Source: Bacillota bacterium (GTDB lineage Bacteria; Bacillota; Clostridia; Christensenellales; CAG-138). Taken from it: 64,000 nucleotides of DNA. Location of the stretch: positions 2,489 through 66,488 of the forward strand of contig JAEWQH010000009.1 in NCBI GenBank assembly GCA_023399275.1, in the 5' to 3' direction. Of this stretch, positions 19,607-27,045 are shown in pieces. The number at the start of each line of letters is the position of its first letter. Positions within the stretch are counted from its first letter, which is position 1. The notes below the pieces were generated by a model. It did no database searches. It saw only the letters and a list, made by a program, of their open reading frames with translations, and was not told the DNA's origin. Made by a program: the position numbers and the translations under genes.

Positions 19607-20578
19607 ATGCTCTATTCTTTGTTTTCGGTTTCCTACGACGTCCGCTGGGTGCTCGCCAGCGTTTTTGCCTCGTTTATTCTCACGTTTTTTGCCATCCGGA
19701 TCGGCATCGGCCGCTTACCCAAGGATCAGGGCAGAAAATACGCCGTCAACAGCGAGCTATCCAAGGGCAAACCGCGCGGTGCGGGCCTGATCTTCAGCAT
19801 CTGTGTCGTTGCCGTGTTCCTCGTGTTTGTTCCGTTTCGTTGGGAATACGTCGTCTACTGCGCGCTGTTCCTGCTCTCGATGCTCTCGGGGTATCTGGAC
19901 GACCGCAGCGTCCAGTCCTGGAGCGAGCTGCGAAAGGGACTGCTCGACCTCGCCATCTGCCTTGCAGCGGCGGGCACATATCTGCTCTTTAACGAGTCGC
20001 ACAGTCTCGCGCTCTTCGGCTGGACGCTCGTGCTGCCCAAGTGGGCGTTTCTGATCGTCGCCACATTTGTTCTCTGGATCTCGATCAACTTCACCAATTG
20101 TACGGACGGCGTGGACGGCCTGCTCGGCTCGGTTTCCGCCGTTTCGATGGCCACCTTTGCCGCCATCTTCCTGCTCATGGGCGGCTCGCTCGACCTCGCG
20201 CAGATGTGCTTTGTATTCATCGGCTCGCTTCTGGCATACCTGGCATTCAACGCTTCGCCAAGCCAGATCATCATGGGCGACGCGGGTTCGCGCACCATCG
20301 GCATCTTCCTTGGCGTGATGGCGCTCAAGACGTATAACCTGCTCTATTTTATCCCCGCCGTGCTGGTGATCGTCCTCGACGGCGGCATCGGGCTGTTTAA
20401 GCTGCTGTTCATCCGGTTGACGAAGATCAAGGGCTTTCTCAAGTCCGTCCGCACCCCGCTGCACGATCACGCCCGCAAGAACATGGGCTGGTCGGACACG
20501 CAGGTGGGCGTGCGCTTCTCGATCCTTCAGCTGCTCGTCAGCGGCCTTTGCATCGCGGCGCTGCTGCTGCGCCGCTGA
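19607..20578 (+). CDS. MraY/WecA-superfamily polyprenyl-phosphate sugar-phosphate transferase (MraY paralog)
   Basis: ORF trimmed to the ATG at 19607 (MLYSLFSVSY…) after GGAGAG. Motifs GYLDD, NFTNCTDGVDGL, MGDAGSR and PLHDH are in the order seen in MraY-type enzymes. Confidence 0.75.
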   Translation: MLYSLFSVSYDVRWVLASVFASFILTFFAIRIGIGRLPKDQGRKYAVNSELSKGKPRGAGLIFSICVVAVFLVFVPFRWEYVVYCALFLLSMLSGYLDDRSVQSWSELRKGLLDLAICLAAAGTYLLFNESHSLALFGWTLVLPKWAFLIVATFVLWISINFTNCTDGVDGLLGSVSAVSMATFAAIFLLMGGSLDLAQMCFVFIGSLLAYLAFNASPSQIIMGDAGSRTIGIFLGVMALKTYNLLYFIPAVLVIVLDGGIGLFKLLFIRLTKIKGFLKSVRTPLHDHARKNMGWSDTQVGVRFSILQLLVSGLCIAALLLRR

Positions 20579-20583
20579 CGCAC

Positions 20584-20613
20584 GAAGCCGCCCGGCCAGG
20601 GGCGGCTTTTTTG
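20584..20613. terminator. Rho-independent terminator (bidirectional position)
   Basis: GAAGCCGCCC-GGCCAG-GGGCGGCTTTTTTG. Confidence 0.8.
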
Positions 20614-20665
20614 TCTGTCAACCGACGTGTCTTTTGTGGGCGGTATATGCCCGCCCGGGCGACGC

Positions 20666-21544
20666 CTAATAGAACTGCGGGCGGCGCGTCATCCTGCCTT
20701 TCATCTGCGGCAAATAGAACAACTCCCGCTCGATACGCATGACCGCCAGCCTGTCGATGCGATAGTTTCGAACCGCCGTATCCTCGTTCACTTCAAAAAA
20801 TTCACTCCAGCGTGCTTCGCTGGCGTTCGGATCCTGATAGGACGGCAAGACGTAGCCAATCTGCGCTTGCTCGCCGCGCAGGAGGCAGGCGAAGATGGAA
20901 TATCCGCTGTTGTCTGCGATGTATGCGCCCTGCTCCGTGGGGTTCGACTGCAGCAGCACGGCGCGCAGGCCCGCCCCTTTCACGATCTCAAACCACTCCG
21001 TCTCGGAAACCACGCCTGCAAGCCGGCTGGCAAGCGCGAGCAGCTCCGGTTCCTCTCCTGCGCAAACGGGGTCTTGCTCCCCCGCCTTCGGCTGCGCGGC
21101 TATCCGCTTCGCTTCCTGCGAGTCGTTTTGCGCCGCCATCCGTTCCAGCGCGACCGAATCGATCCGCAGATGCGCATCCCTCGGCCAGGCGACCTGTTCA
21201 ACGCGGAGCGGGGCGCGAACAGCGATTCCGTCCCGCAAGGAGTCGGCGATCTTGCCAAGCTGCCTCGTCTGGCGGGCGCGCTCATGCGCAGCTTTCGAAA
21301 CGGCGATCGCAACCCACATCAGCGCGGCGACCCCTATCACCGCAAGCACCAGCGCGGCGAGCGACATCCATTTCTCCCCCAGGATTATAACGCCGAGATG
21401 CAGCTCGTTCCCCGCGGATACATCCATACCCGATCCGCCTTGCCCGGATGGAATCCATCCCACAGCAAGCGTCCGCGAAACGGGGAGCACGCACAACGGC
21501 AGCGGCAAAAGCAGCGCAGCGAGCGCTTTCATTCTTCTTGTCAC
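20666..21544 (-). CDS. Hypothetical membrane-anchored protein (operon gene 5 of 5)
   Basis: 292 aa. GTG start 5 nt after GGGAGG, with a GTGA overlap with the stop of the upstream gene. Has a signal-like N-terminus, one clear TM (WMSLAALVLAVIGVAALMWVAIAV), and a ~200-aa domain I do not recognise. Confidence 0.6.
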   Translation of the reverse strand: MTRRMKALAALLLPLPLCVLPVSRTLAVGWIPSGQGGSGMDVSAGNELHLGVIILGEKWMSLAALVLAVIGVAALMWVAIAVSKAAHERARQTRQLGKIADSLRDGIAVRAPLRVEQVAWPRDAHLRIDSVALERMAAQNDSQEAKRIAAQPKAGEQDPVCAGEEPELLALASRLAGVVSETEWFEIVKGAGLRAVLLQSNPTEQGAYIADNSGYSIFACLLRGEQAQIGYVLPSYQDPNASEARWSEFFEVNEDTAVRNYRIDRLAVMRIERELFYLPQMKGRMTRRPQFY

Positions 21545-24500
21545 AAATGCCTCCCTTCGTGGTCCCGGAGCATGCTCAAGGCGTCCTGCAGATACTTATC
21601 GCCGACAGCCTCCAGCGCATTCAGAAAATATCCGTATTTTTTCGGCTTGGCCCCGATGATGCCGTCCACCCCCGGAAGGGTCAACACCGCCGGGTCGTAT
21701 TCATTCGCCCCAAAGCGCCAACCATAGCTCGTCTCTGCCACAACGCGAAACGCTTTTATATACGACGAAACCATATCCGGATCGGTGCATATCTCTATTT
21801 GTCTATATTGCGTCGCCTGATAGGCGGGAAGCTCCGCCGTCTGCTCCAGATTCGGCTCGAATATCGCCTGATTCGTTGCGCCTGCAACAAAGTATTCATT
21901 CGGCACGCTTTGCAGCGCCCCAAACGCTACCTCTTCCTTCGGCCTCTGCGAAAAGCGGCAAACGAACCGCTCGTCGGGTATGTTCAGTTTGCTTGCTCTC
22001 TGAAACAGAAGGCGGATAAAGTGTACCGTCCGCTTGACATCCGGCGTAATCCAACGAACGATCTTCGATCCGTTTCCTGCAAGCAGCATCGAGATCTGCA
22101 GGTTGTCATCTTCCCAATCGAACATCACGGCCGAAAGCCAAACCACCGCGCCGAGATAGAACGCGATCCGCTTTTTGATCACCGAAAACCCCGGAGCGTC
22201 CTGCTCGTATTGCTCTCGAAAAGTCAGGTTTTCCGCGTCGTTCGCGCATCGGTTCATAAATGCTTCCCCCAGATTTGCGGGCTGCAAGGCCGCCGCCGGG
22301 TTCGACGGGTCGCGCGGGATGCGAATGGAGAACAGATCCTCGATCAGGCTATCGCTGTTTCGGGCGGAAAAAGCCTGGATATATTGATCTGGGTTGCGAA
22401 TGACCGTCCTCAAGTTCTCACCGGATTCTCTCATGAGTTTGCGCAGGAAGAAAAAATCCGCCGCACTGAGCGTCTCCAGCAGGATCTTGCGCGCGCCGAA
22501 CGCCAGCGATGCGGCCACCGAGTTTCTCGGTCTGTTTGTACCTTCCTGGCTGATGTAGAGATCTGTCGATCCGCCGCCGATGTCCATGATGAAGTAATTC
22601 TGGTTGAAGCTCTCTTGCTGCACGGAATAGCGAAACGCAGCTTCGCTCTCCGTCAGGCACGTGATCTGCTGAGCGACGGCTGTCGCATGAGGTGCAACCG
22701 CCTCGGCCTGCTGCGGACTCTGCAGCAAAACACCGGTCGATTGGCAGACCGTCATCAGCATGGAATTGAGCGTGTTGAAGTACGACACCCGCATGTTTTC
22801 GTCAAACGCCAGCGGATATGTCGCCGTAAGGGCGATGCTGGCGCAGCCGCGGCAGCGCGCCTCCAGCGCAAGCATCGTCAATAACTGCGTCAGAATTGCA
22901 CAGGTGCGATGCCCGTTCGTCTGATCCGACCGCTGCCACTTGAGGTCGGAGCAAAGCACCGGCCATTTCTCCGGTTCTCGCGCCTCAACAAATGCGCGAA
23001 AATAGATCCAGCTATCGCGAAACACGCGCCGCGGCTGATCCCCGGCGCCGGCATCCGCCAGAATAGTCTGCATCGGCATGCAGGAAGGGTACCGTGCCGC
23101 GCACTGCGGATCCTCCTCCAGCTGCCGGAAGGAATCCTGCGCGTGCAGGGTTCGGCGCCTTACGAAACCCGCTTGGTCCTTCGGCAGATGCAGCGGGGGA
23201 AAGAAATACTTCTCCAGACGCGATGTATCGCGCCCCTCGCTGTCCGCCGCGTTCATCAGCGGCAAGCTCCACAGGTGCACGCCGTCGATCCGAAAAGCGG
23301 CATCGCCATCGATGCTGGCGTAGAGCGTGGTGGCGGACGTTCCGAAGTCAATTGCCGCGTGAAATACTCGCTCGGGCCTGCCCGCCGGGATTTCAGGCCG
23401 CGGACGGATCTGCAGATACCCGATCAGCTGATCATCCTTGCGCAGGGCGCATCGCTCAGGCGCGCTGGAAAGCCGGCTATACAGCAAGGTCCCGTCCGCC
23501 CCATCCTCTTTCGTGTACTGCTTTGCCGGGGTTGCGGCGCTTGGCTCCGACGGCTCCAGCCGATAGCCGTTGATTTCGTCACAGAAGAAATAGTACTCTC
23601 CCCAGCCCGCAATCCTCTGCCGCGGCCAGATCGCGGCGGTGCAGAGGTTTCGAAAGAGCTGGCTGTCGATCTGCGCCGCCAGGTACGTTTGCGTAAGATC
23701 GAGATCGCCCAGCGTGACCGTTACGGTGATGCCGTTGATCTCAACCCCGTTTTTCGAATATGTGGGGCAAATGCTGTAGTCCGGCTCAAGCGCAAGATTA
23801 TCCTCCCAAAGGCGCCAAAAAGTCTCCGTCACCGGTAGGGCTACGAAGAAGTGCGCCGTCTTTCCCTTCCCCAGATCATGGCTGACCAGGCATCTTGGCG
23901 CAATGCCCCCGGCGAACCGATTGGTGTCCAAAAGATTCGGCTGCTCCGACGCCTGATCGATCAACACATAGAACACCCGGTCAAGAAACAGGCGCAGACC
24001 CGTCGGCACGGACACTCCGTTGATCTGCAATCCAACCTGCTCCGCATCCTGCGAAAGAAACGCGCGGAGATTCGTCGTGCTTTGCATGTTCAGCCGGAAT
24101 GCGTCCGCAAGGGCTTTCTCGTAACCAAATATCAGGTCCATATTCTGCGCACCCGCATTCGCGTTCGCGCGGTAGTTTTTGAGCCAGCTGTATAGCAAAA
24201 GCGCATGCACCGGCAGCATGACGGGAGTCTCCTCCTCCGTCTGCTTGCGCATAAGCGGGTAAGCACGGCCTTCACGCTCCTCAACCGGAGCATGCACCTG
24301 CCGATCCGTCAGCCAGGGAATCCGATCCGGATAGACGAACCGAAGATTTCGCCAGGCATCCTTGGTCGGAACCACATGTACGCCCGGAGACGACATCGCG
24401 ATCGGATAGCGCACTCTGTCCGCCTCGACGTAGTAGATAATCATGCTCTCCCAGTCCGCGGCCTGTGGGCGGCTGTTGTACGCCGCGCGGAGATGGGCGC

Positions 24501-24846
24501 TGTAAACGGGATCCGCAAAGCGGATCGTCTGCGAATGGATCTCCACGCCGTAGGACTCCGCCAGCACCAGTATGGCGAGCATGGCGCGCCATTCGCGCCG
24601 GGCGATCTGCTCATACTCCAAATAGCTCGGATCCACCGCCGTGTTGAGCAGCAGCATCTCAAACAGGCGGTGCTGGCTCCAGATGTCCGGCACGGAGCTG
24701 ATCCGGCGAAAATCCGTCTGCTTCGGGCCCTCCTCCTGCCACGCGCTCGAGATGCGAAGCTCCTGGCCGATGTCATGCAGCTTCGAGACATCGCCGCTGA
24801 GGGCAGTATTGTTCGGATGGGACGAAAACCAGTGATAAAACGACAT
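21541..24846 (-). CDS. Large (~1101 aa) hypothetical protein with an Hsp70/actin-fold ATPase module in its C-terminal half (operon gene 4)
   Basis: ORF trimmed to the ATG at 24846 (MSFYHWFSSHP…) after GGAGGCAAGG. Motifs occur in actin-fold order: AAIDFGTSATT (23329..23361), MDIGGGSTD (22561..22587), LLAGNGSKI (22060..22086). I do not recognise the N-terminal ~490 aa. Confidence 0.65.
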   Translation of the reverse strand: MSFYHWFSSHPNNTALSGDVSKLHDIGQELRISSAWQEEGPKQTDFRRISSVPDIWSQHRLFEMLLLNTAVDPSYLEYEQIARREWRAMLAILVLAESYGVEIHSQTIRFADPVYSAHLRAAYNSRPQAADWESMIIYYVEADRVRYPIAMSSPGVHVVPTKDAWRNLRFVYPDRIPWLTDRQVHAPVEEREGRAYPLMRKQTEEETPVMLPVHALLLYSWLKNYRANANAGAQNMDLIFGYEKALADAFRLNMQSTTNLRAFLSQDAEQVGLQINGVSVPTGLRLFLDRVFYVLIDQASEQPNLLDTNRFAGGIAPRCLVSHDLGKGKTAHFFVALPVTETFWRLWEDNLALEPDYSICPTYSKNGVEINGITVTVTLGDLDLTQTYLAAQIDSQLFRNLCTAAIWPRQRIAGWGEYYFFCDEINGYRLEPSEPSAATPAKQYTKEDGADGTLLYSRLSSAPERCALRKDDQLIGYLQIRPRPEIPAGRPERVFHAAIDFGTSATTLYASIDGDAAFRIDGVHLWSLPLMNAADSEGRDTSRLEKYFFPPLHLPKDQAGFVRRRTLHAQDSFRQLEEDPQCAARYPSCMPMQTILADAGAGDQPRRVFRDSWIYFRAFVEAREPEKWPVLCSDLKWQRSDQTNGHRTCAILTQLLTMLALEARCRGCASIALTATYPLAFDENMRVSYFNTLNSMLMTVCQSTGVLLQSPQQAEAVAPHATAVAQQITCLTESEAAFRYSVQQESFNQNYFIMDIGGGSTDLYISQEGTNRPRNSVAASLAFGARKILLETLSAADFFFLRKLMRESGENLRTVIRNPDQYIQAFSARNSDSLIEDLFSIRIPRDPSNPAAALQPANLGEAFMNRCANDAENLTFREQYEQDAPGFSVIKKRIAFYLGAVVWLSAVMFDWEDDNLQISMLLAGNGSKIVRWITPDVKRTVHFIRLLFQRASKLNIPDERFVCRFSQRPKEEVAFGALQSVPNEYFVAGATNQAIFEPNLEQTAELPAYQATQYRQIEICTDPDMVSSYIKAFRVVAETSYGWRFGANEYDPAVLTLPGVDGIIGAKPKKYGYFLNALEAVGDKYLQDALSMLRDHEGRHL

Positions 24847-24871
24847 ATCCTTGCCTCCGTGTTCGTGTCCG

Positions 24872-26449
24872 TTACGCGCGCCGCACGCAGCACTCCGCCA
24901 AAGAAGAGACGAAATACGCAACTGCATGCTCGGGGTCTACGCGCGCCGAGTTCATCTGCGAGGTGATCCGCGCACAGGGGATGCCCAGCATATCACACGC
25001 GGTTGAACCTTCGCGCGCTACGCGCTGAATGGCCTGATAAATCAGCGGCGTGTTTCTCAGCACGTTACCCTCTATCTTCAGCAGTTCGTTCATGCCGTGG
25101 TGATCCAGCTCCTCCAGCCAGCGGAAGATCTGCTTCGTAAATGCCAGCGGCACGCCTACCCCCTCCGTTCGACTGTCATAGGTTTTGTGCAGGTTGCGCT
25201 GCCTGCCCCACACCGTGCGGAGCACCTCCGGCCGGTAATTCCACGGACACCGCCCGCTGACGCGGTAATAAACGCCCAGCATCAGGCAAAAGCGCTCCAG
25301 CCGGAGGATGTAATCCTGCACCGAGGCGATCCGCATCTCACCCGGCAGCCCGTGCGACGCCGGAAAAAACTCGAAACGGGTCAGCGGAAAAGCCGCTTCG
25401 GGAGGAATATCCAGCGTGGGATCGGAGTTGACCCATTTCAGCGGAACATAGACCTTGCTTTGCGCATCTGCCGATGCGGGCAGATCGCCGGCGAAATACC
25501 GGCAGATACCGATGGCCGCCATCAACTCCGCCGGCATGGACGGGTCGTCCTGCCCCTCGTGGTCCTCGCTGGCCCGGTCCAGCCGCACGCCGGCCCATGT
25601 GCCGTCCTCCTTTTTCTTTTCCATCTGCCGCCGGTCGTCGCCCACAAACTGTGCAAATTCCAGTTCGGAGAGCACATCGGACATCTCGTAGTACTTCAGC
25701 GCCATCTTGCTGTTGATGACAAACAATCCGCTGTCCACGTCGGTATCTCTCCCGATATCGAAGTAGGGCAGCATGAGCGTCAGCGCAACGCGCCTTGCAA
25801 ACGGCGCCGTCTCGGTATTGTTTTCGTTGCGGCAGGCGCGCACAAACCGCCGCGCCAGCGTCGGCGCTCCGCTCGCCCCCGTCCCGCCGAATACGGAGCC
25901 GACAAACATCACGCGCAGCTCATCCTGTGTGCTGATGCCGGAAAAGATCGATCTCCAGAACCCGCTCAGGTCGTTCCATTCCCGGTCGAACTGCTCCGCC
26001 CAGATCAGCGAGCCGATGCGCGGCCTGCCCTTGCAGCCCCGGCGCAGCTCCATCGCGCGGTCGTCCCCTCCAAACAGCGCATGAAACGCCAGCGCGTCCG
26101 GCCCCGTGAGGTAATCGTTTCCCACCAGATCGTCAAGCGTGCTGCGGTCGTTGATCGGCGTGGACAGTCTCTCCATCGCATCGATCCCCTTCGGCTTCCA
26201 GCAGGGGCGCTCGGCGTTTTCATCCACGATCACAGAAAGATAGGGAAGCGCTTCGTTGACGCTGCGAATCATCTCCTCCAGCTCAACCCGATCCCCGCCC
26301 GCTACGATGTCCAAATCCACAAGGCGGAGCTCCAGCTTGTACTCCGTCTGGCACAGGTCACTCAGGTACCCGCTCGCAGCCAATGCCACGAGAGACTGGG
26401 CAACGCGCATGCCGGAGCCGCCGATCGCCACCAGAACAAATTTCGTCAT
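24872..26449 (-). CDS. Divergent tubulin/FtsZ-superfamily GTPase-like protein (operon gene 3)
   Basis: ORF trimmed to the ATG at 26449 (MTKFVLVAIGGSGMRVA…) after GGGAGGGGAAGG. Three motifs: AIGGSGMRV (26402..26428), GCKGRPRIG (26012..26038), and GSVFGGTGASGAP (25862..25900), which resembles the tubulin signature GGGTGS/TG. Confidence 0.6.
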   Translation of the reverse strand: MTKFVLVAIGGSGMRVAQSLVALAASGYLSDLCQTEYKLELRLVDLDIVAGGDRVELEEMIRSVNEALPYLSVIVDENAERPCWKPKGIDAMERLSTPINDRSTLDDLVGNDYLTGPDALAFHALFGGDDRAMELRRGCKGRPRIGSLIWAEQFDREWNDLSGFWRSIFSGISTQDELRVMFVGSVFGGTGASGAPTLARRFVRACRNENNTETAPFARRVALTLMLPYFDIGRDTDVDSGLFVINSKMALKYYEMSDVLSELEFAQFVGDDRRQMEKKKEDGTWAGVRLDRASEDHEGQDDPSMPAELMAAIGICRYFAGDLPASADAQSKVYVPLKWVNSDPTLDIPPEAAFPLTRFEFFPASHGLPGEMRIASVQDYILRLERFCLMLGVYYRVSGRCPWNYRPEVLRTVWGRQRNLHKTYDSRTEGVGVPLAFTKQIFRWLEELDHHGMNELLKIEGNVLRNTPLIYQAIQRVAREGSTACDMLGIPCARITSQMNSARVDPEHAVAYFVSSLAECCVRRA

Positions 26450-26465
26450 ATGCCTTCCCCTCCCT

Positions 26466-27023
26466 TTAGCGCGTCGGATAGACCCGCTTGATCTTGTGAT
26501 CGATCCATCTGGACAGCGGCCAGCGCACGACGCAGTTGGTCGCCGGCACCGCATCCATGCAGATGCGCCAGAGCAGCACGCCGCACACAACAAAGACATA
26601 GTACGGCAGCCATAGCTTCAAAACGCTGTCGTTTGCATTGGGCAGCAGGATTCCGATCCAGTTTCCCGAAGACAGCGCATATCGATAGCCGGACATCGCA
26701 GCGGCGCAGACCACGATCAAAAACGCATTTATGATATTCTGCATCCGGGTGCGTGCAGACAGTCGCGGCCCAAAATCCCCTTTTTTCTCATTCACGATGA
26801 AAAAGACCAGATTCAGCAACCAAACAGCCGCGATGCCGCCGGCGTGAATCCAACGCGTCGCATCCGAAAACTGCTGCCCAATCCGCTGCGCCGCGTCGTC
26901 CAGGTAAAACACGCCTGTCAGCGCGGTGCGATACCAGACGGGCGGAAACAGCGCCAACACTGCGGCAGCCAGAAACGCCGTAATTGCGCGCAGTGCGACT
27001 CGTTTTCTGAAAGTTGCATCCAT
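26466..27023 (-). CDS. Small 4-TM membrane protein (operon gene 2)
   Basis: ORF trimmed to the ATG at 27023 (MDATFRKRVALRAITAFLAAAV…) after GGGAGG. 185 aa with four hydrophobic helices. Confidence 0.6.
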   Translation of the reverse strand: MDATFRKRVALRAITAFLAAAVLALFPPVWYRTALTGVFYLDDAAQRIGQQFSDATRWIHAGGIAAVWLLNLVFFIVNEKKGDFGPRLSARTRMQNIINAFLIVVCAAAMSGYRYALSSGNWIGILLPNANDSVLKLWLPYYVFVVCGVLLWRICMDAVPATNCVVRWPLSRWIDHKIKRVYPTR

Positions 27024-27045
27024 AGACAGCCTCCCTCGCTTTTCC

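Noticed and set aside
21448-26491. Plus-strand ORFs (478, 309, 253 and 464 aa) opposite the novel operon
   Set aside because: I considered whether the plus strand might be the coding one. The plus-strand translations are Arg/His/Ala-rich and motif-free. The minus-strand proteins have balanced composition, RBSs, signal/lipobox/TM features and nucleotide-binding motifs.
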